Shown here piece after piece: positions 37,958 to 53,396 of a stretch of DNA of 64,000 nt. The stretch spans positions 52,700,001-52,764,000 of the forward strand of contig NC_043012.1 in the NCBI RefSeq assembly GCF_006345805.1, given 5' to 3'. The notes beneath the pieces are model-generated. The model saw nothing but the letters and a program-made list of their open reading frames with translations. It did no database searches and was not told the DNA's origin. Within the stretch, counting starts at the first letter, position 1. Each line of letters starts with the position of its first letter. This DNA is from Octopus sinensis. Its lineage: Eukaryota. The position numbers and the translations under genes were made by a program.

Positions 37958-38194
37958 TAACTTAATAGGGCGGCTTTTCAAGCTACCTCCTGTGCAGAGC
38001 TCTTCATTAGGCCTTGAGCCCAACAATGACAATTCGTGCATTGAGTACATTTAATTTTATTAAACTTGAACAATATTTTTCAACCAATTAACAATTTTCA
38101 TCAAAATAATGATGTAATTTGTCGACTTGGAACTAATTGCAAAGCTGCATGATAAACATCTTTTGTTTTCCCATTCGGGGGTCAATTACAATTT

Positions 38195-38225
<31 letters not shown>

Positions 38226-40035
38226 GTTGAATGTATTCAACTATCACCATCACCAGTACCACCACCGTCGCCACCACAACTGTCATGCACACACCATTCA
38301 GACTTCTGACGCCACCGCCATCAATAACTTTTACCTCGCCGCTTCCCCTCTAACATTATCACCACTGTCTTTCACATCGCTTACTCTCACCGTCATACCT
38401 GACCACCACAACAATCAATGCCGGTGTTTCGCTCGTCGCTACGTCCTGAGTTCAAATTCCGCCGAGGTCGACTTTGCCTTTCATCCTTTCGGGGTCGATA
38501 AATTAAGTACCAGTTACGCACTGGGGTCGCTGTAATTGACAATACCCCTCCCCACAAAATCCAGTATTTGTGTCAATAGTAGAAAGAAATATTGCTTGAT
38601 GAAAATGCATAGTTCACCTATAGAGAAGCATGTCTATAATGCGACCAACTAGAACATTTGTTGAATAACAGCTGGTTTGCCCTACAAATCAACACTTTAG
38701 AAATATTGATTTCGAATTTTGGCACAATGCCTGCAATTTCACGAAGATACATATTTGTCTGAAAGTGTTTGTTCTCCAAAGATAAAATAATATACTAGCG
38801 GTTAGCATATTCACTTTCTAATCAGCCGGAACGCATAACGAACGAATATCTGTCATCGTCTCGATTCTTGCATTCTAATATGCACAAGACGATTTGTTAA
38901 GGGTTAGTAGCTACCAACACGCATCAGCAGATAATTTGCTTGTTGTGGGTATAAACAAGTGCTTCAAACCCTTGTTAGATGCAACAGTTCATAGTACCTT
39001 TGACTGAGGATACGCACTGATGTCGAGACACCAGGTAACCCAAAGTCTCTTTATGCTAATGAATAAAGTATGTTATGATCACACTGTAGTATGGAAGGAA
39101 CACTTACACTCCTATGGGGAAACGCTACAGCTTATAACGTACCATTTAAGAAATTGTTTATGTTATGCTTTTTATACATAAATATATACACAGCTTTTAT
39201 CATGTCCATATTTTGGCAATATCGAGAGGTCTAAAATATCATTTTATAAGATACGCACGTTTGAAACAGAATTGAAGAAATATCCATAGACACATAGTCC
39301 CAAAATTCCGCCTTCATAAAACACAAGAGTTAACATTTCTGCATAATTATTAAATTGCATATAGAACAATGAATAACTACAGAGAAACATACAGACCAAC
39401 AACTTCTACACCTACTTACATCCTTTTGTGATCATAAAAGCACAAGACAAACAATTTTCTATACGACTAACAATAATCTTCAGCTTTCAAAAAAAAATAA
39501 GAAATGCTATGAATAATATTAACAGGTAAAGAAACTGACCAGCTAAAATCTACCACCTACATACCACCTACATTTGTGAACTCCTAAAAATTCCATTACA
39601 AAAAAGTTGACACACCCAATTACTAAAGTTTGTATCTTTGACCTTTACATTCTCAAAGCAAAGGAATAAATCCAATAAAAACAAAAATAACTAACATTAC
39701 TGTGACATAGCCCCCTTACCTGAAAAAAAAAGGACACGCCTAAATATGGTCCCTTACTTACAAAGTACATGATGAATAATTCTAAACAATAACATAATAC
39801 CAAATTTAATCAATAAAAATTTCTCCAAAATACCTTTCCATAACAATCCACCCTAAAACATAATCACCGCTCCAGTCGAAACCGACGGCCAAAGAATATT
39901 TAAAGAGAACATATATAGCCAAGATTAACTTCGATGCATCGCAGTCCAACGATGGCTTAACTGACCGAAACTTCGAAGTTAGTGTCAAAAATATTCTTGC
40001 TTAAGAATAACAAATATATACGAGTGTATACATAA

Positions 40036-40127
<92 letters not shown>

Positions 40128-40266
40128 ATACATGCATACATACATACGTACATAGATCTTTCATTTTATTGTCGTGCAGTCACCGATGCTTTACAGTTAA
40201 CACAGTAAAATTTAGATATAATTCCATTTTGTATAGCCTTGTTAGTTTTGCTGCACACACACACGC

Positions 40267-40316
<50 letters not shown>

Positions 40317-42543
40317 GTATATATATATAAATATATATATATATAAAGATAGATATATATATATATATGCATGTATATATACAAAATACAGAGAGAAAGA
40401 GAGAGAAAGAAAATGTGTGATTAAGAAAGAATGTGTGCGTGAGTGCGTACGTGTGTGTGTGTGTGTGTGTTGTATAGCACTGCCTCGCTATTGCATATCT
40501 ACCACACTTCTAATGCAATAGTATATTAAATCTAAGTGATGCCTGGAGCACGTCTGGAATATGTCTACTACACACCAAACATACTTGTAGACCTCATCAA
40601 TATACAAACAAGCATGCTGCTTATTTCCTTAACAGTTCAGCTAGAAGTTATTAAAATATATCACAGAACAGATTGATTTTTACCATAGTTGCAAACAGGA
40701 ATTTAAGTGTTTCTATGTCCTCTGAAGTTCTGCTTGTCTTTGCAAAAGACTGAAGAGATTAAACTTCGAGTGTCTCGTGCTGAGGTACTTATCACAGAAA
40801 ATACGTAAGTTCTGTTACAGTTCAAAAGGCCTCCTCTCAGCGTGTGTACTTGCTTAAACATAAAGAGGTTGCTCACGAGCAATACAAGTGCACGCAGCCC
40901 TGACTGTAAGTATAGAAAATATTGATTTCAAATTTTGGCACAAAGCCAGTAATTTCGGGGGACGTAGACAAATCGATTACATAAACCCCAATAATAAACT
41001 GGTACTTATTTCATCGATCTCGAAAAGATAAAAAGTAGAGTCGACCCCGGCGACATTTGAACTCAGAACGTAAAGAGGAATATACCGCTCAGCAATTTGC
41101 CCTGCATGCTAACGATTCTGTCAGTTCACTCCCTGAAGTATAGAAAATATAATTAATTATTACTTATTATTATTATTTAAGGGAGCTCGCTTCCTTAAAT
41201 ATAGAAATTATTATTACTTAATCTAAACGATACTAGGGTTCACAATTCAATTTATTTAGCAGTGCCGCTGAATACTGCGCCTTTTGATCTGTTTATGTAA
41301 CATTCTGATAAATAACGTCATACTGTTGTTGTTGTTGTTGTTGTTGTTGTTTTTTGTTGCTGTTTAACTTTCGATGGGTTGCCAGAACGGTTTGAGCATC
41401 GGAGAAAATATCGTACAGAATTTCCTGCGGCTCTTTTAAGTTCTGCATCCGAATTCCATGGAGATCAACTTAGCATTTTATCCTCCTGGGATCAACCTAT
41501 TAAAGTACCAGTGAAGTACTGATGTCGATATGATCCACTATTTCCCTGTCACAAAATATCAAGCCTTTGTATCTATCTTAATCATTTAGGGCGGTGAATT
41601 GGCAGAGTCGTTAGGGAATCAGAGAAAAAAACTGACCCCGCGATATTTGTTCCGGTATTTCACAGTGAAGATTCAAATCTTACCGACGCCAACTTTGCCT
41701 TTCATTTTATAGTGTTCGATAAAATAAAGTACGATCGATTAGTTTAAGTTGACATTATCGACAAGCTTTTACTACCCTTACTTCTAAACCACTGGTTTTG
41801 TGCCAGTTTTCGAAACGAGTAGTTAGCTCCGGAAACATTTGATAAAGCTTTATGTTCTGAGTTTTGATCCTTTAGTGATCGATTTTGCCTTTCCTTCTGA
41901 AATCGGCAGAATATGCTACAAGCCAAGTACAGATATTGATTTAATCGACTAACCCCTTATACAGATATCTGGCTTTTGCTTCTATATGCAAAATCATTAT
42001 TTTGTCCCCTTGATGAAACAAACCTAAAATCAAATTCATCCATACCAAGGCCGTACTGGTTCTTTATAAGAAATTGGCAACCCCGGACCACATTATCTTA
42101 TGTATCCCCTCTTAAAAATACTAGTGATATGATATAAGGTTTGGGAAAGCTTGGCTGCTGTTTTTAGCAGACTGAACAACTACCTACAGGCTGCTTTGTC
42201 GGTTAGTCAATTTACTGAAGTTATTTAGCTCCAGGTCAGCCTTAATGAAGTTGACCTATGTTCAAAATCACTCCCTTTCCAGTCATGACCATTCCGTCTT
42301 TTAGTCTGGCATCATGAATCCAAATACCAGGTTAGCCAATGTACTTCAAGCTATCATCCTGTTTTTAAGATGGTAAAGTTTGACAAAGGGAGATTTCGCT
42401 GCTTTTTCTAGCATGACGAGCAGCCAACTATATGAGGCATGTGGTAGATAACACAACTGCACTTGCGTTACTGTATTTCATATCTCGCTTCCCCCCCACC
42501 TATTTATCTCCCTAGAGACAGACAGACAGGCAGACAAACAGAC

Positions 42544-42625
<82 letters not shown>

Positions 42626-43007
42626 CCACACATAAACTAAATGATTCTTAATCTTCAGAACCCTATAAAATGCTTTGCTGAGGATGTTTAGCAATGTCAA
42701 AACGTATCTCTTGCTCCCCCTGTTGGCATTTTAATTAAGTTTAATTCCAATCTGCATTTTTTAGATTGCTTCAAATTTTGGCCAATTGATCTTTATGAAA
42801 TTATCTCCCTTGTTTCTTACTTTTTTTAATATATATTTTAAATATCCTTAAATGGGCTTTTTTGCCTATTAATTGCAGTACTATTAATCGATCCAGGACT
42901 TATTCTTTGCTAGCCTAGTACTTATTCTATCGGTCTCTTGGCGAACCGTTAGGTTACGGGGACGTTTCGGTCTAGCATCATTTCTCCATTTCTTCCAGCA
43001 ACTTTTA

Positions 43008-43412
43008 CGCAGGAGTGGCTGTGTGGTAAGTAGCTTGCTTACCAACCACATGGTTCCAGGTTCAGTCCCACTGCGTAGCACCTTGGGCAAGTGACTTCTA
43101 CTATACCCTCAGGCTGAACAAAGCCTTGTGAGTGGATTTGGTAGACGTAAACTGAAAGAAGCCCGTCGTATATATGTATATATATGTATGTATGTGTGTA
43201 TATGTTTGTGTGTCTGTGATTCTCCCCTTTACATCGCTTGACAACCGATACTGGTATGTTTACGTCACCGTAACTTAGCGGTTCGGCAAAAGAGACCGAT
43301 AGAATAAGTACTAAGCTTACAAAGAATAAGTCCTGGGTCGGTTTGCTCGACTAAAGGCGGTGCTCCAGCATGGCCACAGTCAAATGACTGAAACAAGTAT
43401 AAGAGTAAAAGA
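43008..43412 (+). mobile_element. SINE family B, preceded by an inverted B fragment (42885-42965)
   Basis: Full head-to-tail match to family B. Confidence 0.88.
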
Positions 43413-43913
43413 GACAGACTCAGTTGATAGATTTAATATATTATATATTTTTGGTTTTTGTTGTTTTTTCTTTCTCTTTTTGCAAACCCAATATGCTAAA
43501 GCGTACCATGTTTGCTTTTTGCACGCAGCACGCACCTCAGAATAAATTTTACCTGCGCCATACTGTTTACACTATAAGTAATGGTGGTTTTGCATAATTA
43601 TACACCTATTTGTTACTTTAAAATACTGAATTCAAATTCTCTTCGGATATTGATTAGAGAAAATGGGTTCCGCTAAAATAAAATCGGAGGAAATTAACAA
43701 AGTTTGTCCCAGGAACAGTTAGTCAATAGGATGGTGGTTCATAAAAGAATTTGATAAATTCACATGCCGCGGAAATTGAAGACGATTCTTCCTAACCGAG
43801 TTGCCTATGTTACGCTGATGTTCCAAAGACTAAGAGTTTACCACCTCTATACAAGTTACTTCTATGCTAGATGAGAAATTTTATGGCGGAGATTAATCTA
43901 CATCAGACAACCA

Positions 43914-44196
43914 TAGGCGCAGGAGTGGCTGTGTGGTAAGTAGCTTGCCTACCAGCCACATGGTTCCGGGTTCAGTCCCACTGCGTGGCACTTTGGGCAT
44001 GTGTCTTCTACTATAGCCTCGGGCCGACCAAAGCCTTATGAGTGGATTTGGTAGACGGAAACTGAAAGAAGCCCGTTGTATATATGTAAACGTAAAAGAC
44101 TTGCTTTATTTCTATTCCTGAGCGCCATACTAATAGAGTTGTTTGTTTGTACTCCACCTGCCTTCGTCTTTTGTTTATTTTCGTAAACCTTCCCGT

Positions 44197-44247
<51 letters not shown>

Positions 44248-44502
44248 CTATGTATATATGTATGTATGTAAGTATGTGTGTATGTATGTATGTGTATATG
44301 TTTGTGTCTGTGTTTGTCTCCCCAACATCGCTTGACAACCGATGCTGGTGTGTTTACGTCCCCATAACTTAGCGGTTCGGCAAAAAGAGACCGATAGAAC
44401 AAGTACTAGGCTTACAAAGAATAAGTCCTGGTTCGATTTGCTCGACTAAAGGCGGTGCTCCAGCATGGCTTGCAGTCAAATGACTGAATCAAGTAAAAGA
44501 GT
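43914..44502 (+). mobile_element. SINE family B with nested Penelope-like 3' fragment (44088-44197)
   Basis: The insert begins AAACGTAAAAGAC and is related to about 8556-8660. Confidence 0.8.
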
Positions 44503-46410
44503 AACCAGTCGAAGAATCGTTGGGTGATATATTATCCTCAGAACTACCTTGGCTGGGTGTGTTAAACAGAATTAGGCTATCAAGAGCAGAATTTCCTTGT
44601 TCTAAGTATGAGAAAGGGTATAGCTGGCTGCTGCAGAAATGAGCAGCAATTTAGGATTGATAACTATTTCATTGACTTGCAACACTTTAGTTTAATTTCT
44701 CCTCCGAGTACAACTACCAGCGAGTGAAGCAATCAACGAAAGACTAGCGTCGTATCCAGGGGATGATATATATCTCATGGAAAACGAAAGTAAATCCTTG
44801 TGATTCATAAAACGACGAATGTCTTCTTTCTTTTTCCTTTTTTTTTTCTGATGTTTTCAAGAACCAGATAATTTTTAGAAGACACCATTAGTTACGAATA
44901 GTCTTTTACAGATTTCCTCAATTGCAATTATAATGTTCAGTGTGGCACAAAATGTATTACGACATTCCACTTCCTGCCAAATAAGAAAATAAAAACATGA
45001 TTGCATTCTGTTTCTCCCACCATCATCTTCAATACGTCACCAATCAGACCACGATGACATTTCATACATATTGATTTATATACACTAAGATCCATTTCGA
45101 TTAATTTCGGTCTAGCATCATTTCTTCCAACCACTTTTACGCAGATTTATTCGTAAAGCATCCTGCTTCACTGCACAGGAATTTGTTTCATTTCAGCGCG
45201 AACATTAAGCGAAAAATATATAAAATATCAATTGATTCAACCGTTTCATATTTTATGCCAAATTTAATTTCTTAATGCAATTTCTCCCGACATACTCCGA
45301 CATATTTGAGCCAAACGTAAAAAAATGTCGGATCATAAAAATCTATAATTATATCGTTATTCGATCTTTTAGAAAACTACTTTTTTCATATATTTTTCTC
45401 TTATTTTTTTCGTTCATCATTTTCATTCATTTTTCAACCAGGGAAATTATTTTATTGCGAAATCGCAAAAATTAATAATCGTTCTAAGACATTCTATGGA
45501 ATATGGGATATGTTAACTGGAGATTTTCGTTCACTAGACTATGAAGCAGGTTACCCGAGAGCTACAACGTACAGCATTTTTCATCGATCTTCTTTTAATG
45601 TTTCCTCGTTTGCAAAATCACGAAACTCAGAGAAAAAAAAATGGTTAAATATATCGTTTCCAACATTCCAGTCATTGTAAGTTATTAAGTAAAAGTTGAT
45701 AAGTTAATCAAATTATAATTCCTCCTATTCATATTAAAGCAAAATATAGTTCGGTGAAATTCGGAACAAATCTGTACTTTCTCGATCAGCTATTAACTCT
45801 CTTCGTGTTTGTGTGTGTGTGTATGTGTATCTGTGTGAGAGAGAGACAGAGACAGACAAAGACAGAGAGACAGGGAACACTCACACAGACAGAGAGAGGG
45901 AGAGAGAAAGAGAGAAAGAGAAAAGTATGTGTGTAATGTGTTTAGCGTTATTATATATCAGATTTTGTCGAGAAAGTCGGTTAGTCGGCTTTCTCTTCAG
46001 TTATATTAACACTGATGAATGTGTGTTTGTGTGTGTGGTGTGCTTATAAATGTACATTTTAACTTCCTTTTTTTTCTTGTTCCTTTACGAATATTTAATA
46101 AATAGTTTGGCTTCCCGTTGAATTTTTTCCTTCGGCAAAATCGTTAGGCAAGCGGAGAAAATATCAAGCAGCACTATTTCCGGCTCTTTACGTTGTGAGA
46201 TCAAATCACATCAGTTTTGCTTTCCGTTCTTTCGGGCACATTAAAATAGAGCTCAGGTACAGAATCAATTTTGCGGAACCATTTCGGAGTATTGATGTTT
46301 ACCGAACCACGGGTGCTTACTTTCGTTACCACACTTTAAATGAAACAAATATGATTACTTACATAATTAAATGAAATACAGGTACCTATACATAAGTAGA
46401 AATTATACTA

Positions 46411-46670
46411 ATAAATAAAATAAATGCGCCCTTTTAAAGCCTAGGTAGGCTCATGGGTCCGGTTTCGCGGTTTCAATGGCGTATGTGTTCCCCAGGTGGA
46501 CGGGACGCCAGTCCATCGCAGCTTTACTCATTTTTGCCAGCTGAGTGGACTGGAGCAACCTGAAATGAAATGTTTTGCTCAAGAACACAACGCGTCGCCC
46601 ATTCCAGGAATCGAAACCACAATCTTACGATCATGATGCTGACACCCTAACCACTAAGCCACGCGCCTCC
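46411..46670 (-). mobile_element. tRNA-derived SINE, head/body E + tail X
   Basis: Reverse complement GGAGGCGCGTGGCTTAGTGGTTAGG..GGTTTCGATTCC..GCGATGGACTGGCGTCCCGTCCA..GAAACCGCGAAACCGGACCCATGAGCC. Confidence 0.85.
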
Positions 46671-47519
46671 GCACTAGTCTATGCAAGGCATCAGTAAAAA
46701 CGTCTAGTGGTCGCGAGAATTTGAAGTTTCTGCTTGTAACTTGATTTTAGATTTTGACTCAGAGCCAGTAATTTTGGTGTGCATCGACCTCTGTATTCTA
46801 ATGGTACAATTTCATTGACCCTCGAAAGAATGAAAGGCAAAATCGATCCTGGGCAGCATTTGAATGCAAAACATACAGACGGACGAAATGCCGCTAAGCA
46901 TTTTGCACGGCGTGTTAACAATTATGTCAGCTTGCTGCATTTTGTGCTCCTAAATTAATTCAGACTATAAGAGCTTCCAGAACGTCAATCTCCAGAAAAT
47001 TGGTGCTGCGCCACTACTACTCAAGAACTGGGGGAGATTGGGTCGGCTATTGCAATCCGCAAATTCCAGGCTTTAAATCAATACAAGGAATAAATATTAT
47101 TGTTAAATTTATCATTGTGGTTATACTTATTGTTTTTTGCCGTAATTATGGTTGTTTTTGTAGCAAATATTATTTTGGCTGTCGTCGATTTTCATCCGTT
47201 TTTTTCTTTTGCTAAGAAGAAAAAAAATCTTCAAAAGAGAGATGTTTCCTTACACAAGAATAATCACAATATATTATATTCTATTTTTTAAATGTTAGTT
47301 TTAATGTGACACATATTTTTCATTCACATATATATATAAATATATATATATATATACACAAATGTATACAAGTACATATGTATGTATATATATATACATA
47401 TAGGTTAAATTATATATAGACATACTTGGGAGCTTGTCTGGTGGCTTATCTAAAACAAGCTTCCGCTTTATAATTGCATTTTTCACGACTCAATTCATTT
47501 GCGCTTATATGCGTGTGTG

Positions 47520-48540
<1,021 letters not shown>

Positions 48541-48740
48541 CATACCGATACTTGAATTGAAAAACTGAAACAAAACATTTGATTTATGCGCACAAAAAAT
48601 ACTTATAATGAAATGTGCGCGCGCGTCTACATAGAAAGACTCGCGCTCTTTCCTCCAAAATTATTTTATGTATCACAGCGAAGACGGAAAATCAGAAAAA
48701 GTGAGCAAATTCGTGACGGAAAAAATTATATATATATATC

Positions 48741-48827
<87 letters not shown>

Positions 48828-48869
48828 ATATATAATATTATTTATTATTATAATATATATATGTACATG

Positions 48870-48901
<32 letters not shown>

Positions 48902-48914
48902 TGTATATGTATAT

Positions 48915-49258
48915 TCTTTTATTCTTTTATTTGTTTCAGTCATTTAGTCGAACAAATCGCCCCCAAGACTTATTCTTTGTAAGTTTAGTACCTATTCTAT
49001 CGGTCATTTATGCCGAACCGCTAGCTTACGGGAACGTAAACACACCAACATCGATCGTCAAGCAATGGTAGGGGAACAAACCCTGACACACAAACATATA
49101 CATACATATATACGACAGGCTTCTTTCAGTCTCCGTCTACCAAATCCACTGACAAGACTTTGGTCGGGCTATAGTAGAAGATACTTGTCCAAGAAACCAC
49201 GCAGTGGGATTAATCGGGAACCATGAGGCTGGTAAGCAAGCTACTTAGCACACAGCCA
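48915..49258 (-). mobile_element. SINE family B
   Basis: Family B tail, body and head on the minus strand. Confidence 0.8.
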
Positions 49259-49663
49259 AGAATTATTTTAAGATAGATCCCTTTTCGAAATAAAAATAGG
49301 GGTTGAGACAAAGTCATAAGCGAGAACAGACCGCATTGGATTTCTGGTTTATGATTATGTGATATTTTCTTTTTTGTTATCATTGCAAACCGATGACTAC
49401 TCTTTGTATTCATGTTTACATTCGTATAAATTAGTGAACGTGTAATGAGCATATATATGTGTATATATGTATATATGTGTGCATGTCAGTATGTAAGTAT
49501 GTGTAATTTTTTATACATGCACGTACACATATATGTATATACATATCTGTCGCGTATATTTCCAAGCAAGTCCCTCTGGTGGACACGTTTTTTGATAATT
49601 ATCTGTTTATTCTATGCGAAACCAATTGGTGAAATTGGCTAAAATGCATCGATGGCACTTTGA

Positions 49664-49740
<77 letters not shown>

Positions 49741-51307
49741 GTATGTATACATATAGAAACACATGCACTGGTAAAAATATATATCTGCGTATGTATCTAT
49801 GTTTGTGTGCATGTATGTATACGACAGGTATCCTGTCGCCTTCCACCTATCAAATTCACAAATAGCCCTGGGCTATAATAGAAGACACTTGCTCAAGGCG
49901 CCATGATGTGAGACCGAACCTGAAATCAACTGAGTGCCAAACGAATTTCCGAATCACACATTCATATCTATATTCGTTATATACTTCCATTATTTTATTA
50001 AGTGGCTTATAATTCTAGAAAGAACTGAATACGATATAGATGCAGAGTCGTTTATTTTCTTGGTTAACTTAAGTGATGCTTAGAATAGTAAAATTGCATC
50101 AGTACAGATTTGTATTTCTTCAAAGGCAAAAGTAGACATTTGATGGAAAGTTTAATATATTTACCTCGGATTATGTCATGCTGAAAATTTCTGACAAGAA
50201 TGAAATGGTGCTATGCATGATTGCCTTAGACTAGAAATTTTAAGATCAACGTAATATGCTAACAAGAAAACAATACGTATGCATATTTTATGCTTCTTCT
50301 CCTTTGTTCCTCGATTTTAAATTTCAAATTCCTATCCCGCCAAAATAATCTAGAAAGGCTAATCTTCCTTGCACTAAATGACCACGAGGAACACCACGTG
50401 TTAGAACAGTATACGGAGTGGACAACGATGTGGTGAAACTGAACAACTACACAATGATAGTTTAAAGGGAGAAACGTGGAGATTGATTGGAATTATTAAG
50501 AGTAAAGATTGAACAAAATCTTTAAAACAACAGTTACTACTTCTCTGGTGATAGAAAATAGGTCGAATAATGAGAGGTAGAAAGAGAAATGGAGAAAGGG
50601 TAAGAGAGGGAGAGGGGATAAGTAAAAAGAGAGAATGAGAGATAGAGAATAAGGGAGAGTTTGGAAGAAAGAGAGAGCGAGAGTGAGGGTATGTTTGAGC
50701 AGATAGAACGGGAGTGAGGGTATGTTTGAGGGGAGGGAACGAGGGCAAAAGTGTGGGCGGATTTGAGAGAGGGAAAAAACGGGAGTTAGAGAGATTTTGA
50801 GAAAAGGAAAGAGTGTGAGGGAGTGTTTGAGAGATGTAGAGTGCGAGAGCGAGAGTGGGGATGAGTTTAAGAGAAAGGAAAGAAGATGATGCCGCTATGG
50901 TCAAGATTTAGTAGTTTTACAAATTTTCAAAACTGGAAAATCATCAACTATAAATAGACAGGTAATGTTGTGTTTGCGTTTCAGGTGTAGAAAAGCATTA
51001 CTTTTTAGTTATTTCTATGATAAACGCTAAAGGCGAGAAAAGAACATAATGTGATGCAATAAATAATATTAAGAATAATAATAAAAACAATAACAATGAA
51101 AATAATAATAATAGTAACAATAATACTGATTTCAAATTTTGGCACAAGGCCAGCAAGTTCGGCGCGGGGGTAAGTCAATTGCATCGCCTCCAGAGCTCAA
51201 TTCCGTCGAATAACAATAACAATAATATTGACACTGAAAACGACCACAATATTATTTGTAATAAAGAACATGGCACAAGGCCGGCAATTTTGAAGGGAAA
51301 ACCTAAG

Positions 51308-51496
51308 TTTATTTCATCGACCCCGTACTTTATTTCATCGACCCCGTACTTTATTTCATCGACCCCGTACTTTATTTCATCGACCCCGTACTTTATTTCA
51401 TCGACCCCGTACTTTATTTCATCGACCCCGTACTTTATTTCATCGACCCCGTACTTTATTTCATCGACCCCGTACTTTATTTCATCGACCCCGTAC
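51308..51496 (+). repeat. 21-bp minisatellite, 9 identical copies, inside a SINE A2 copy
   Basis: Unit TTTATTTCATCGACCCCGTAC; host SINE sequence on both sides (about 51270-51620). Confidence 0.97.
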
Positions 51497-52598
51497 TTTA
51501 ATTTAGCGATCCCGAAAAGATGAGAAGCAAAGTTGACCTTGGCGGAATTTTAGCGTAAAAGTGCCGGAAGAAATGCAGTAAAGAATTCTGTCCGGCGAGC
51601 TAAGGATTTTGCTAACTCGGTAGTAACGGCAATAATTACATTATTTTCATTAGAGTCGTCATAATTTCGCTACGCAAATAGCTCTCTTTTTTTTTTTGTG
51701 ATATGTCAGATACAGGGTGAGACTCAACCAGTCTAAATTAACCGAATTTAATTAGGGAATCTAAAACTTAAGGCGCTATGTACAAAGAGGATGACGGAGC
51801 TTAGTGGGGTTCCGTTATAAGGACAGATATAGCATCACAGACATTAAGGGAATATAGAAGTAAGATTTAAGGTGCTTATCAGGCTCTTCTAGGTTTTCGA
51901 GGTGATGACTTGTCGGAAGGAGGCTTCGGGTTCCCTTCCTAGATAGTGATATATTGATTGGAGAACTTGGCAAAAAATGTTACTTTCTTCTGAGAATTTG
52001 ACAAAAGTATTGTTACTGTCCTTAGCTAATGAAAATCTTTAACCATGTTCTGTATGACAAAATCTTTGTCTCCTGGAATGGAAATGCTTTTCCTGCCCTC
52101 TCCAACGTAGCTTTTGCAGTGTGTGCTAACTCAGCACCACATTCTATCAATGTTAAAACTGGGATTTTGATTGCGTCTTCGAGATGCTTCACAATGCATA
52201 GCAGTGCAAATGACACCACTCTCCTTCTCTCTCTCTCTCCTTAACCTAGAATACATTATTCATAAGCAATTTGCATATTTCATTTCGTGCCAATGCCAAA
52301 CTTGTACTGCGCTATAAACACTCTTCATACGACAGAACACAATCTCTGAAACAATGCACTTCCATCACGATAATTTGCAAAATCGTCTTAAATTACACGG
52401 AAAATAACACCCACTTTATCATTTATTGATGTTCAATGACTCAACTGCCATGGAGACTGGCCTATTGTTCATAAGCAATGTTGTTATTACATATGATTGG
52501 ACATACAAACAAACAGAGAAGTCGCTTGATTTGCTAGAAATCATTCCATCCTACTGACTTAATACAGACAACACAGAAACTGACCATATATATACACA

Positions 52599-52819
52599 CA
52601 GAGTAATCTCACGTCATATCGCGGTTCACCGATCGCGGTTTATTATTTAAGCGTACGTCGATTCCTCCATGGTGTTGTTTTGCATTTATAATAAAATAAA
52701 TATATACAAATTATGAAAATTATTTAAAAAACATACAGTACTGTTTATACTTTGCAGATTTTCATGTATCGCGGAGGTGGGGTTCGAACGTAACACCTGC
52801 GATAGACGAAGGATTACTG
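52599..52819 (+). mobile_element. pogo/Tigger-like MITE
   Basis: Left CAGAGTAATCTCACGTCATATCGCGGTTCACC; right TATCGCGGAGGTGGGGTTCGAACGTAACACCTGCGATAGACGAAGGATTACTG followed by TA. Both resemble CAGTAATCCCTCG-type TIRs. Confidence 0.65.
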
Positions 52820-52952
52820 TACACACAAACATATATATATATGAATTATATCAATGTGTATGTGTGTATATATATTGATCATATATATATATATATATAT
52901 ATATGAATTATATGAATGTGTATGTGTGTATATATATTGATCATATATATAT

Positions 52953-53352
52953 ATTGTATTGGCATCCTTTCTGTCTCGGGAGACAATGGAGTTGCGCATG
53001 AAGTAGTCTAGTCCGGCGTTTATATTTCATGTCCTGATACATTTCCTGCTGTGGCTGTGTAGTCCTATCCTGGACAAACATTCCCTCTGGCAGGTACCGC
53101 AAATGTAGCGAAGACTGTTCCTGGCTGGTTGTAGTGCCATAGTCTCTTGATTACGTCTCTTCCTTTCTTTCCATTTCTCCTCTCTCTCTCTCTGTCACTC
53201 CTTTGTATTCCCTCTTTTACGGTACGTCGCCATTCTCCACGGTTGCCGGCAACTGCCTCCCAACCGCTAATATTGATGTTGCAGGCCTTCATGTCCCTTT
53301 TGCAAACATCCTTGTAACGTAAGATCGGTCTACCCACAGACCTAGTACCCTA
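52953..53352 (-). mobile_element. 3' end of an RTE-clade LINE (5'-truncated)
   Basis: GTRSVGRPILRYKDVCKRDMKACNI..WEAVAGNRGEWRRTV, then a frameshift in a (GA)n run to ..YICGTCQRECLSRIGLHSHSRKC; 3' UTR CCATTGTCTCCCGAGACAGAAAGGATGCCAATAC. Confidence 0.88.
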
Positions 53353-53354
53353 GA

Positions 53355-53387
<33 letters not shown>

Positions 53388-53396
53388 ATATATATA

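Noticed and set aside
39004-39045. Hammerhead CTGAGGA..CGAGACACCAGGTA
   Set aside because: GAAA is mutated to GAGA and stems I and II pair poorly.
46590-46670. tRNA gene (also at 55331 and 24900)
   Set aside because: A and B boxes are present, but there is no acceptor-stem pairing and the sequence runs into SINE body and tail.
50401-50904. 167-aa minus-strand Ser/Leu/Pro-rich ORF
   Set aside because: Low-complexity purine/pyrimidine tract.
51179-51523. ORF with 9 x FISSTPY heptads resembling the Pol II CTD
   Set aside because: It is a chance in-frame reading of a 21-bp SINE-derived minisatellite; the flanks are SINE sequence.
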